Virus record (IMG/VR): IMGVR_UViG_3300037963_004868 | From: an uncultured virus (IMG/VR IMGVR_UViG_3300037963_004868) | Taxonomy: Duplodnaviria; Heunggongvirae; Uroviricota; Caudoviricetes | Length of the DNA stretch: 64,000 nucleotides | Direction: 5' to 3' (one strand) | Part shown: one piece after another, positions 1 through 9,127 of the stretch | Layout of the letters: each line of letters starts with the position of its first letter | Position numbering within the stretch: the stretch's first letter is position 1 | The notes under the pieces: generated by a model | Told to the model about the DNA's origin: nothing | Databases searched by the model: none | Seen by the model: only the letters and a program-made list of their open reading frames with translations | Translations under genes and position numbers: made by a program

Positions 1-1692
1 AAAGAAATCGGTATCAGAAGCAATAACATAATCTTCACCTTCAGTTTTCAATACCTTATTCAGGTATTTGTTCATCCTATTCTCAATCCAGCGGATTGAT
101 ACCTGCCCAGAAAGGGTAATTGCTTCCGCGTTTGCTAGTTTATAATAGCGGAAGTATTGATTACCAATCGCACCATAGGCAGAGTTGAGCTGAATCTTAC
201 GAGCCATCTGAATATTATTGCACCTGGCGATTTCTTTTTCAAGTGCTTTGGTTGGTGTTTTTTCATACTCTTGTTTTGCTTGAAGCATCTTTTTCTTGAA
301 GATGGTTCGATCCTTGTAGATCTTATCCATCAGTTCTGGTAAAAATCCACGAACATCTTTCCGATACATTGAACCATTAGGACAAACAGCATTGCCCTTA
401 TACAGTTCAAAATTTATCTCCTCATTAAGGATCTTATCAACTGTAGCCGTTGGGTGTCTCTCATCCAGGAGGGTCTCTGGAGAGATGTTGTACTGCATAA
501 TAAGATGAGGGTAGAGAGAATTAAGGTCAAAAGACACAACCCAATCATACTTTCCCGGAATCGGTTCCTTGACATATGCACCTGCATATTTGGAGTCTTT
601 GTCTGAACGGACAATTGGAGGAATAACAATATTCCTCTTCTTCAGATAGTTGTAGATAATTGTGTCCCACATACGAACTTGTGAAAACACATCAGCATAG
701 TTTGCCTTAGCATCATATGCCATAACGATTGCCAGTTCAATCAGTTTCATCTTGTCTTCCAAACGGTCAACAAGTTCCACGTCAATGATGTTGTATTCTA
801 CAAACTTCTGCCATCCGTTTGTATAGAAGTCTTTGAACGTATCAAACTCAGAGTGATCAAGTTTCTTTTGTCCAAGTTCTACACTAGCAATGTAGTCCAG
901 ACGATAAGACTCCTGCGCTTTATAAGTAAACTTCTTATAAAGATTTAGGTAATCAAGTTGCGTGATACCCCCAACATCATAAGAAATGTGTTTTCTACCC
1001 ATAATCATGGTCTCACGTTCAGTAACAAGACCCCAAGGAGAGATACGTTTCATCAACTTCTCACCAAGAATTCTGTCAATACGGCGCACCAGGTATGGCA
1101 TATCATACAGTTCACTGTTCCAACCAGTTACAACCTCAGGAGTATTCTCTTCAATCATCCACCAGTTAATGAAATCATTTAGAAGTTCATACTCAGTTCT
1201 GAACCCCTTATAGATAACATTCTGTTGTTTATTATTGAAGGATCCTTGACCCCAGGTACGGATCTGTTTGGTAGTATAGTCTTGCACGGTAATGAGGAGT
1301 ACTTCCTCAGCGGCAGATTCAACATCTGGAAATCCATTTTCAGATTTAACCTCAATATCAATCGTAGAGATTTTAATCTTGGTAGTATCAAACTTAATCT
1401 CTTCTTCGGGATACTTCTCAGAAATATATTGATAGATGTATCTGTCGTTCCCGTAGATTTTAAAGTTGTCTACACCATCATATCGCTTGATAAACTCACG
1501 ACAATCACGAACAGTTCCAGGTTCAACCGATTCAACATATTCGCCTTCAAGTGTTTTGAACTTTGTGGGTTTTTTTGATGCTACAAACAGAGTTGGATAA
1601 AATTTTTCCCTGATAGCAAAGTGCTTACCGTTCTCATAACCTCGGACCAAGAAGTGGTCACCGACCATTTGAACATTGGTGTAAAATCTCAT
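1..1692 (-). CDS. gp43: DNA polymerase family B (T4 gp43-like), N-terminal part; runs off the left edge
   Basis: Not in ORF track. Hand translation from ATG at 1692 gives MRFYTNVQMVGDHFLVRGYENG; contains exonuclease motif DIEVKSE, polymerase motif A (SFDLNSLYPHLIMQYNISPET) and motif B (KIQLNSAYGAIGN). Confidence 0.97.
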   Translation of the reverse strand, partial: MRFYTNVQMVGDHFLVRGYENGKHFAIREKFYPTLFVASKKPTKFKTLEGEYVESVEPGTVRDCREFIKRYDGVDNFKIYGNDRYIYQYISEKYPEEEIKFDTTKIKISTIDIEVKSENGFPDVESAAEEVLLITVQDYTTKQIRTWGQGSFNNKQQNVIYKGFRTEYELLNDFINWWMIEENTPEVVTGWNSELYDMPYLVRRIDRILGEKLMKRISPWGLVTERETMIMGRKHISYDVGGITQLDYLNLYKKFTYKAQESYRLDYIASVELGQKKLDHSEFDTFKDFYTNGWQKFVEYNIIDVELVDRLEDKMKLIELAIVMAYDAKANYADVFSQVRMWDTIIYNYLKKRNIVIPPIVRSDKDSKYAGAYVKEPIPGKYDWVVSFDLNSLYPHLIMQYNISPETLLDERHPTATVDKILNEEINFELYKGNAVCPNGSMYRKDVRGFLPELMDKIYKDRTIFKKKMLQAKQEYEKTPTKALEKEIARCNNIQMARKIQLNSAYGAIGNQYFRYYKLANAEAITLSGQVSIRWIENRMNKYLNKVLKTEGEDYVIASDTDFF

Positions 1693-2407
1693 TATGTACT
1701 CTGTCTAGGTTGGTATGAAACTGGAATTTGTCCGTATGTATTATAGCATCTTTTCCAGTCATTTCCTCAAATGTGGAGATGAACATTGAAAAATAATGCC
1801 AGTGCTGCTTGGGAATGTATTGGGGTGAGAGGCAAATGAATATATGGTCAAAATTATAATCTTCAAACTCATAGTTCTCTCTTTCTGTATTCAGATAGTT
1901 GAGAACTACTTTTTCATTGTACTTATTTCTTGATTTGTTTTGGCTTTCTTTATTACCAATCCAAACAAAAGATTTTAACTTACCCATGCCACCTAACCAA
2001 CATCCCCAATTGCCTTCATGAACACGCCCATGATCCATCGCAGCATCAAATTCTTTGCGATATGCTCTTTCGGGTGAGGAAGAACTTCTTAGATAATCTC
2101 CACCAAAAATATCGTCATGATGGTCAATATTAATTAGTTCTATATCCTCACAATCATGCAAAGTGTAAAGAATAGCATCGTGGTCATATCCAAAAGTAAC
2201 ACTATCACAATGCTTTAATGCTTTCAAATAAGTGTTAAAACAATAAAGAAGGTTACCCTGATCGATATAAAAATGACTTTCTTTAAAGGATGTATTATCA
2301 AATAATTTTTCCCACCTCAAAGTAGGATTTTGATCAAAAAAAGTATTATTGTATAATTCAATCACTGGACTCATAATATAGTCCAGGTCAATACTCAATA
2401 CCTTCAT
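1658..2407 (-). CDS. Putative metallohydrolase, arginase/UPF0489-like motifs
   Basis: SIDLDY, HD and NIDHHDD metal-ligand-like motifs; 3' end overlaps gp43 start by 35 nt. Confidence 0.55.
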   Translation of the reverse strand: MKVLSIDLDYIMSPVIELYNNTFFDQNPTLRWEKLFDNTSFKESHFYIDQGNLLYCFNTYLKALKHCDSVTFGYDHDAILYTLHDCEDIELINIDHHDDIFGGDYLRSSSSPERAYRKEFDAAMDHGRVHEGNWGCWLGGMGKLKSFVWIGNKESQNKSRNKYNEKVVLNYLNTERENYEFEDYNFDHIFICLSPQYIPKQHWHYFSMFISTFEEMTGKDAIIHTDKFQFHTNLDRVHNEILHQCSNGR

Positions 2408-2661
2408 TCCGTAAGTTTGAGATAATTTGCAATTACTTCAGGACTGGGGTCAGCAATCGTAAAAACATCGCTAGAGCGAATCATATACTCTGTTTGATTA
2501 GATGCTTTGACCCATGGTTCCATCTTACCATCAACATAAAAACGATATGGTTTGATAAGTCTACAATCGGGATCACCAATGGCAGAATCCACCTCTTCAA
2601 CTTCACTAATCAAAATATTGTCAATATCAACTAATAGGCACTTAATAATCTTATCACTCAT
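2404..2661 (-). CDS. Small conserved protein, Sm-like pattern
   Basis: IKCLL...LIKPY...MEPWV pattern shared with three other ORFs in the window; overlaps both neighbours. Confidence 0.6.
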   Translation of the reverse strand: MSDKIIKCLLVDIDNILISEVEEVDSAIGDPDCRLIKPYRFYVDGKMEPWVKASNQTEYMIRSSDVFTIADPSPEVIANYLKLTE

Positions 2662-3022
2662 TGATAATCTCCGTTGGGGACAGTGGGATTTCGTCTTGCA
2701 CTCCTTCTACAGATAATGCATTTTCAGTTTTCTTAAGAAACATTTCCTTTACACTTGAAATAGGTTCACAAATGGTTGCAATATAATCTGCAGATACAAC
2801 AAACTTATGATCGCTAGAAAGAATCAACCATGGTGTCAAGACTACATCAATCTCATAGTTTGAATTTCCGGTATCAGATTCAGTAAGAACATTCTTCTCC
2901 TGAGTATTCACACAATGTGGATTTTCAAGAAGATACCCACGAACTTGTTCTTCTCGTGCAACCTCTTTTGCATCACAAATCAAAGTTTCTCCTGTTTTCA
3001 GGAGCATCATTTTAACAGTCAT
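2654..3022 (-). CDS. Conserved protein, Sm-like pattern (start revised from 3073 to ATG 3022)
   Basis: MTVKMMLLKTGETLIC...LLENPH...LTPWL; GGAGG upstream of ATG 3022 and a sigma70 promoter at 3045-3073. Confidence 0.65.
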   Translation of the reverse strand: MTVKMMLLKTGETLICDAKEVAREEQVRGYLLENPHCVNTQEKNVLTESDTGNSNYEIDVVLTPWLILSSDHKFVVSADYIATICEPISSVKEMFLKKTENALSVEGVQDEIPLSPTEIINE

Positions 3023-3044
3023 TTTTAAAGATATTCCTCCAGAT

Positions 3045-3073
3045 ATTATAGCAATAAAAAAAGGGAGCGTCAA
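3045..3073 (-). promoter_or_regulatory. Sigma70-type promoter TTGACG-N17-TATAAT
   Basis: -35 at 3068-3073, -10 at 3045-3050, 17-nt spacer; overlaps the hsp20 terminator. Confidence 0.8.
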
Positions 3074-3096
3074 CTGGATTTTGCCAGTTGCTCCCC
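3056..3096 (-). terminator. Rho-independent terminator downstream of hsp20
   Basis: GGGAGC-AACTGG-CAAAAT-CCAGTT-GAC-GCTCCC followed by a T7 run on the minus strand. Confidence 0.75.
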
Positions 3097-3120
3097 TGCG
3101 GCGACGATATTCGTTAGTAT

Positions 3121-3555
3121 TTAGAGATAATCTTTTCTCTGATGATGTTCTGGAACAATTTTACCCAACTCAATGGTTAAAAGCCCATCCTCAAAGCTAA
3201 CTGATCTAACTTCCGTCTCGTCACTGAGGGTCCATGATCTAGTGAAAGATCTTTGAGCCATTCCTCTATGGACATATGTTGCTCCAGATTCGGTATCTTC
3301 TTTTTGCCCTTCGACAAAAAGTTTTCCGTCTTGTGTGTAGACATTAATTTCTTCCTTTTTAAAACCTGCAAGTGCTAGTTCTAAGCGGTAATCTACATTG
3401 CTTAGTTGAACTAGGTTGTATGGTGGATAGTTAGTTTGCGTCTCGTGCAGCGTCCCAAGACGATCAAAGTAATCATCCATGCCGATACTGTACCTATTTA
3501 TACGGTCCATCAGCTCAGGCAGATCCTTCGTATGAAACTTCATTAAGTTCCCCAT
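3121..3555 (-). CDS. hsp20: Small heat-shock protein (Hsp20/IbpA family)
   Basis: YPPYNL, LELALAGF, YVHRGMAQRSFTRSW, FEDGLLTIEL; AGGAG SD at 3565-3569. Confidence 0.95.
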   Translation of the reverse strand: MGNLMKFHTKDLPELMDRINRYSIGMDDYFDRLGTLHETQTNYPPYNLVQLSNVDYRLELALAGFKKEEINVYTQDGKLFVEGQKEDTESGATYVHRGMAQRSFTRSWTLSDETEVRSVSFEDGLLTIELGKIVPEHHQRKDYL

Positions 3556-3614
3556 GGTTATTAGCTCCTATAAAAGCGAGTTTGTGTTGTGTGATCCCCG
3601 AAGGCAATCACACA

Positions 3615-3622
3615 TATTTATA
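3615..3622 (-). promoter_or_regulatory. T4-type late promoter TATAAATA upstream of hsp20
   Basis: Exact gp55 consensus in an intergenic position. Confidence 0.75.
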
Positions 3623-3637
3623 GCACGCTTTTAAAAA

Positions 3638-5023
3638 TCAGGAGTTCGGTTTACCCTTCTTTCTAAGAAATGCTGGTTTAATTTTCTTTATTGGTTTCAT
3701 ATATTTTTTAACAGATCTTACTTTTTCTACCACAACATCTTCATGTCTAATTGGAGATGGAGTTACCTTAAAAGATTTTGGATCTGAAAGTTTAATATTC
3801 TTCTTGATTGATTCCTGGGTTCTCTTGAATACACTCTGATTAATTGGAAACTGCATCTCCAAATATTCTTCATTTGCACGATTCATACAATCCATTTTCC
3901 AATTTAACTTAGAAAGTCTAGGATCTGATGCGGGATATCTGCTGAATGCATATTCAAGTTCCTCTGGGTGATCTTTCACATACTTATTGAGTCTAGCAAA
4001 ATCATTCTTGGTTAGAGTATATTCTTCAGAGAGAACTTCTCCTCTTGGTTCGTTACTATTAGCAAGACGCCAAGGTCCAGGTTGAACAGGTCCCGAAGGT
4101 GCAAATCCCATACCAGGATAATACTTCACTGGTTGATGCGGTCCCTGAACGTTTTGAGGACCTGGACCAGGAGAATTTCTGGGTGGTCTACCAACGTAAG
4201 GAGGTATTCTCGATAATAGATAATTGATTGCTTCTGGACTCACATTTGTTACTGGTCCAGGATAATAATTTGGATCACCAAGATCATTTCTACTTATAAC
4301 ATTAGTTACTCTTGGTTGTGTTGCTGGTTGTCCAGCATCACTCATTACAGAGTTAGGTATAGGAGTTTGTGTTCCAGGAGTAACTGGAATTAATATATTA
4401 TATGTGTATAAACCTTTTTCTGCTTGAGGAACTGTATTAAAATCTCTACCAGATGGATAAAATGCAGCTGGTGTAACTGGTGTTGATACTACCCTATACA
4501 ATAAAGGTCCCCATAGTTGTATAGATTTTTGAATGAAATTACCATTTTCATATGCCTCTACAAATGCTCTCTGAAAATCCGACATTGGATTACTAAAGAC
4601 ATTACCAATTTGAAATACAGAATTAAATCCATTATCACTAATATATCCAAGTGGACTACCAGTAAGAGCAAGATTGGGTCCGATAGCCATCACATAAGGA
4701 GTTCCATTATATCCATCTAAATCTGGAAGCGAAAAAATACTTTTTATGTTACCTTGAGCATCCTGATGCTGAAGTTGTTGTAGATTATGAGAATTTGAAC
4801 TACCATCACCTTGACTATTCCAAACAAAATTAGATAAATCAGAAAAATCTCCTAATGGAGCCTGAGAAAACGTTGGTGGAATATAAGGATCTCCATCATC
4901 CTGCTGAACCAAGTTATAGAAACCACTAGTTTTCATCATCTCAGTAACAAGATGATCTATCTTCTTATCTACTCCTTCATCCTTAAGATGTCTTATTGCC
5001 CTAATAAAATTATTTCGTCCCAT
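3638..5023 (-). CDS. Hypothetical protein, Pro/Gly-rich middle; probable late/virion protein
   Basis: 461-aa ORF; GATAAATA late-promoter-like site at 5052-5059; no catalytic motif recognised. Confidence 0.7.
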   Translation of the reverse strand: MGRNNFIRAIRHLKDEGVDKKIDHLVTEMMKTSGFYNLVQQDDGDPYIPPTFSQAPLGDFSDLSNFVWNSQGDGSSNSHNLQQLQHQDAQGNIKSIFSLPDLDGYNGTPYVMAIGPNLALTGSPLGYISDNGFNSVFQIGNVFSNPMSDFQRAFVEAYENGNFIQKSIQLWGPLLYRVVSTPVTPAAFYPSGRDFNTVPQAEKGLYTYNILIPVTPGTQTPIPNSVMSDAGQPATQPRVTNVISRNDLGDPNYYPGPVTNVSPEAINYLLSRIPPYVGRPPRNSPGPGPQNVQGPHQPVKYYPGMGFAPSGPVQPGPWRLANSNEPRGEVLSEEYTLTKNDFARLNKYVKDHPEELEYAFSRYPASDPRLSKLNWKMDCMNRANEEYLEMQFPINQSVFKRTQESIKKNIKLSDPKSFKVTPSPIRHEDVVVEKVRSVKKYMKPIKKIKPAFLRKKGKPNS

Positions 5024-5050
5024 TAAAAAGGGAAAATCCTTTACTTCTTT

Positions 5051-5872
5051 TTATTTATCCACATAACACACCTTCACAATATGAGGAGATGATTTTTCAT
5101 GATATAAACATTTAATTACTGCTTGCATTTCATCAAGAACGTCTATTATTTGCTGTCTCGAATAACTTTCAACATTTAAAAATAAATCCAAGATATTAGT
5201 AAGTTCTTTAGAATACTTTGGATATTTTTCCATCAATGCATTATGACATTGATAAACACTCCTACTTAACTTACCCCTTTCAAGTAATGCCTTTAAACCA
5301 AAGTTTCTGTAAAAAACTTTTGCAGCACTTCTCACCAATATTGGATTAGATTTTTCCTTTGCTATTCTCACTTGCGAGATAGAACGATTAGTTTCATCAT
5401 CATACAAGTCAGCGAAATACTTAACAATTTTATTATGACTGATTATTGATATAGAAAGATCTTCTTCTCCCCATATCTTCATAGAATAAAATCTAGTGTC
5501 TGTCTTATGAAGAAAAAAATTTTTATGTCTTATATCAACATCAGGAAAAACTGAAAACCCATGAAGTTCTTCCATTTTCTGCATTATTTGTGGATGATAA
5601 TCACTATGCAACCACATACTTGATTCTACAGATTCATCCTCATGAACAATATTCAAATCAATATCAAAGGTATCTTTATCAACAATATCTCTGTCTAAAC
5701 ATGAACCTCTCAAGTATATTGAATGAGCATCAATATTATAATTTACAGCAAAACAATCTAGAGTGATATTAATGAAATCAATTAATACTCTGGATAATTT
5801 CTTATTTTTTTTATAAACAAAATTATGTTCTGGGTTAAGTTCAAAGACTTTACCCAGACTTTTTAATTTCAT
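5051..5872 (-). CDS. Putative Pol-beta-superfamily nucleotidyltransferase
   Basis: SIYLRGS...TFDIDLNIV (hG[GS]...DxD) plus a later VDI acidic residue and helical C-terminus; ATGA overlap with regA stop. Confidence 0.6.
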   Translation of the reverse strand: MKLKSLGKVFELNPEHNFVYKKNKKLSRVLIDFINITLDCFAVNYNIDAHSIYLRGSCLDRDIVDKDTFDIDLNIVHEDESVESSMWLHSDYHPQIMQKMEELHGFSVFPDVDIRHKNFFLHKTDTRFYSMKIWGEEDLSISIISHNKIVKYFADLYDDETNRSISQVRIAKEKSNPILVRSAAKVFYRNFGLKALLERGKLSRSVYQCHNALMEKYPKYSKELTNILDLFLNVESYSRQQIIDVLDEMQAVIKCLYHEKSSPHIVKVCYVDK

Positions 5873-6309
5873 TCAGATACTTCCGCTTTTTTCTTCTTCG
5901 CTCCAATATTATACTTAGTTTCAAGAATCCAGTCTTGCTTGTCTTTATAAGCAAGTACTTTAATCTGATTAAGCGGAGCGATATCTTGAATCTTAGTGAC
6001 ATCTACAATACCAATAAGACCCCAGTCAGCAAGTAACTGAGCAATACGGTTACGACGTTGGACATCGTTGACTGTAAGATTTGCGTGCTTTCCATCCAGC
6101 GCAAATAGTTCTTTGAAATGAACGAGATAATATCTACCTTGTTTGTGTAGGATATGACAAGACTGATAGATTTTTTTCTCTTTCCTTGATGCTACACCAA
6201 TACGAGTCAAAGTTTCACGCACTTTCAAAAAGTCATCAGGTTCGTTCAGAACCACTTCAACCATTTGTTCAGGTGCCCATTTAACTTCGGGTTCTTGAAC
6301 GACACTCAT
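5869..6309 (-). CDS. regA: Translational repressor RegA
   Basis: DDFLKVRETLTRIGVASRK, QSCHILHKQGRYYLVHFKELFALDG. Confidence 0.97.
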   Translation of the reverse strand: MSVVQEPEVKWAPEQMVEVVLNEPDDFLKVRETLTRIGVASRKEKKIYQSCHILHKQGRYYLVHFKELFALDGKHANLTVNDVQRRNRIAQLLADWGLIGIVDVTKIQDIAPLNQIKVLAYKDKQDWILETKYNIGAKKKKAEVSE

Positions 6310-6686
6310 CGTTTTCCTCCAGTTTCAAATTTCGCTTTAATAAAATTAAGTTGTTCTTCTGTAAGAATCTTCAAAACTTGCTTTGCCTTCTCATTACTAT
6401 AACCATAGTATTGTTTGACATAATCAAGATCTTTGACCTTATCTTGTCGGAGCCAGGGAGAAAATCTCTTCTTTTTCCTCAGACTATTTAGATAAAAATC
6501 ATATTGAAGTTTCTTCGGGAGGAAATGATGCTGATTCATTTCATTAGCGAACATAATTGCATCAAGATGTCCCGAGAAACAGCGATTGATAATATAAGGA
6601 GGATATTCTTTTTCAAGTGACGGATCTTCGTCAATCAGATTCTCTTTCGTCTGATTGATACTGTTCAACCAATCCTTCAATTCCAT
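6306..6686 (-). CDS. gp62: Clamp loader small subunit
   Basis: YPPYIINRCFS, FANEMN, LRKKKRFSPW, YYGYSNEKA; directly upstream of regA as in T4. Confidence 0.93.
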   Translation of the reverse strand: MELKDWLNSINQTKENLIDEDPSLEKEYPPYIINRCFSGHLDAIMFANEMNQHHFLPKKLQYDFYLNSLRKKKRFSPWLRQDKVKDLDYVKQYYGYSNEKAKQVLKILTEEQLNFIKAKFETGGKR

Positions 6687-7503
6687 AATTAAAAAGTAAA
6701 AGTTCCTTACGTTCTTTTTGTTCTCTCATGTACTCCCCAACGGAGCGCATGGTATAAGTCAGGTCAAACTCACCAACTTCATAATCTTTGAATCGGTCTT
6801 TGATAAGTTGAGACGAATTATAAGATATGAGTTGTGGTCCAATAAATCTATCACAAATGGTAGCAAAACCGTCATGGTCAAATGATTTGTGCATATCACC
6901 CTTTTTACCATACAAGTTAGAATTGATATCGTATGGTGGATCAAGGTAAGTAAAGATCGACTTATCATCACTAAGAAGTTGTTGATATCTATCGTTAGTG
7001 ATTTTCCAATCTTTGATTATTTGAGAGTATCCTTGTAGTTTCTCAATTCCTCGCATTGAGAAGTTGGAGTCAGACGCTTGCCTGCTAAAGGATGAGGACT
7101 CAGTGAGACCAGAAAAAGAGCACTTGTTAATAACGTAGAAACTACAAGCGCGATATAGAGGGGAAATGGAATCATCATTTACAAGTTCCTTTGCTTCTAA
7201 AAATAGACCTCTTGCAGATTCTTGGTCTGGGTAACGAGACTTAAGTTCTTGAAGTCGTTTGTAAAGTTCATATCCATCATCTTGCAGAGTCTTCCAAAAG
7301 TTGATTAGAGGTTCATATAGATCATTGACCCAAATCTGCAGATGTGGATACTTCTTAGTAATGTGAATTGCTACGCTACCACCACCAAGAAATGGTTCTC
7401 GGTATTCCTTATATCCATCAAGATTAGGAATGTATTGATCAAGTTTGGTACAAGCACGGGATTTACCCCCTGGGTACCTCAATGGTGTTTTCAGGGATTT
7501 CAT
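6631..7503 (-). CDS. dam: DNA adenine methyltransferase (Dam/D12 class)
   Basis: PLRYPGGKS, EPFLGGGSV (SAM binding), YLDPPY (catalytic). Confidence 0.95.
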   Translation of the reverse strand: MKSLKTPLRYPGGKSRACTKLDQYIPNLDGYKEYREPFLGGGSVAIHITKKYPHLQIWVNDLYEPLINFWKTLQDDGYELYKRLQELKSRYPDQESARGLFLEAKELVNDDSISPLYRACSFYVINKCSFSGLTESSSFSRQASDSNFSMRGIEKLQGYSQIIKDWKITNDRYQQLLSDDKSIFTYLDPPYDINSNLYGKKGDMHKSFDHDGFATICDRFIGPQLISYNSSQLIKDRFKDYEVGEFDLTYTMRSVGEYMREQKERKELLLFNYGIEGLVEQYQSDERESD

Positions 7504-7699
7504 AATCAGGTTTGTTGTATTTCAAAAATTCCCAGAAGGTCAGTTTCATTTCCTTATGGGTCATTCCACAGTGCTTTGCAGCAGCGGGTAGAGTCATTTT
7601 AGCACGGAACAGTGCTTCATTTGCCTCTTGAACATTTTGAGGTGTGGTCTTTACTCTTGGTTCTACTAGATTTTTAGTATCAATTTTGAGAAGACTCAC
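7463..7699 (-). CDS. Small hypothetical protein, possible helix-turn-helix
   Basis: MTLPAAAKHCGMTHKEMK resembles an HTH; overlaps dam start by 41 nt. Confidence 0.55.
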   Translation of the reverse strand: MSLLKIDTKNLVEPRVKTTPQNVQEANEALFRAKMTLPAAAKHCGMTHKEMKLTFWEFLKYNKPDYEIPENTIEVPRG

Positions 7700-7905
7700 A
7701 ATAAATCTCCATAAGGAGTATTGTCTTTATGTAGAAGAACTCCATCAACTTTATTAAGTAGTTCTTGCATATCCTGATGCAATACACGATACCCAGTTCC
7801 AACATAAAGTTGACCAAAGACAACTGCAGTAGTAGCAATTCCCCAAAAAATATAATAGTGAGATGATTTCATTTGTGCTAATACCTTTGTTTTTTTATTT
7901 TTCAT
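7696..7905 (-). CDS. Small membrane-anchored hypothetical protein
   Basis: One hydrophobic segment (YYIFWGIATTAVVFGQLYVG); 4-nt overlaps with both neighbours. Confidence 0.6.
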   Translation of the reverse strand: MKNKKTKVLAQMKSSHYYIFWGIATTAVVFGQLYVGTGYRVLHQDMQELLNKVDGVLLHKDNTPYGDLL

Positions 7906-8189
7906 AATACTAGTTTTTTACTAGGTGTCTGAATCACAGAAAACATACTTTCATATTGTTCAATAATTTGTTCTTGCGTATCAGTAATGTAGACCACATA
8001 GTTTTTAGTTACTTCTAACTCTTCACCCTTTTCTTTAAGAAGGGGAGACCAAGGAGCAAATCCCATCTGACCATTACCAGCAGGCACAGCAACGATAGGA
8101 TTACAGAAGACTATAGAGTCTTCCTTTTCTTCAATCAGGTCGGCAACAACATCTTCGCCAGACCACATACGAATCAATTTAACATTCAT
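7902..8189 (-). CDS. Small conserved protein, Sm-like pattern
   Basis: VKLIRMWSGEDVVADL...FCNPI...FAPWSP. Confidence 0.65.
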   Translation of the reverse strand: MNVKLIRMWSGEDVVADLIEEKEDSIVFCNPIVAVPAGNGQMGFAPWSPLLKEKGEELEVTKNYVVYITDTQEQIIEQYESMFSVIQTPSKKLVL

Positions 8190-9127
8190 TTGAATTCACA
8201 CTCCACCATAATTTCGGTTAAACAAGCAAGCATATTTATCTCCTGGTCTGCCACAAATGCAGACTGATACTGATACTTAGCAAGAACGAGCACAGCAGCA
8301 GGAATGCTATTGTTTTCAAGGGCATCATAACAAGCATCGTAAATACGACGCAAAAGTACAGTAGTATCGTTGTCCAGATTAGAAACGATCCACTTACGAA
8401 CCTCCGCAAAGTTCTTGGTTTTAAGGTTTTTAACAAGTTCATTTACAGCAACATCAGAGAAGGTAGCAAGAATGCCAGAGTCAATTTTACCACTAACAGA
8501 GTATCGTTGACACTCATTTAATACACGTCTCCAATCAGGAAAGTGCTTATTGATTAGTTCTACCAGGACCTTGTTATCATATTCAACACCTTCTGTATCC
8601 AAGATTTGTTGGATACGTTTGAAGAACTGGGCGGCAATGCCTTGACGTTCTTTTCCTTTGATTCCAAACTCAACGACGGCACATCGGGAATGGAGGGGTT
8701 CAAGGATTTTGTTTTTGTAGTTGCAGGTGAAGATGAATCTGCAGTTGCCAGCAAACTCCTCAATAAACGCCCGTAAGAGGAGTTGTACATCATTGGACGT
8801 GTTATCTGCTTCATCAATGATGATGACTTTGTGTTTTGCAGTTGCCGTAAGCGAGACGGTCGAAGCGAAATTTTTCGCATTGTTTCGGACAGTATCCAGG
8901 AATCGTCCTTCATCGGATCCGTTGATGACATAAACGTCAGCTCCAAGTTCATTACAGAGAGCCTTTGCAACTGTAGTCTTACCAATACCTGGAGGACCAG
9001 CAAGGAGCATATTAGGAATCTCTCCTTTATCTAGGAAGTCTTGAAAAGTCTTCTTAGTTTGTTCAGGGAGGATACACTCTTCAATAGTCTTAGGTCGGTA
9101 TTTTTCAACCCAAATAAAATCACTCAT
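8186..9127 (-). CDS. gp44: Clamp loader large subunit (AAA+)
   Basis: WVEKYRP, Walker A GPPGIGKT, Walker B IIIDEAD, SRC motif. Confidence 0.97.
   Translation of the reverse strand: MSDFIWVEKYRPKTIEECILPEQTKKTFQDFLDKGEIPNMLLAGPPGIGKTTVAKALCNELGADVYVINGSDEGRFLDTVRNNAKNFASTVSLTATAKHKVIIIDEADNTSNDVQLLLRAFIEEFAGNCRFIFTCNYKNKILEPLHSRCAVVEFGIKGKERQGIAAQFFKRIQQILDTEGVEYDNKVLVELINKHFPDWRRVLNECQRYSVSGKIDSGILATFSDVAVNELVKNLKTKNFAEVRKWIVSNLDNDTTVLLRRIYDACYDALENNSIPAAVLVLAKYQYQSAFVADQEINMLACLTEIMVECEFK

Noticed and set aside
5024..5045. Possible terminator AAAGG-ATTTTC-CCTTT-TT
   Set aside because: Weak AU-rich stem abutting the next start codon; cannot be supported.
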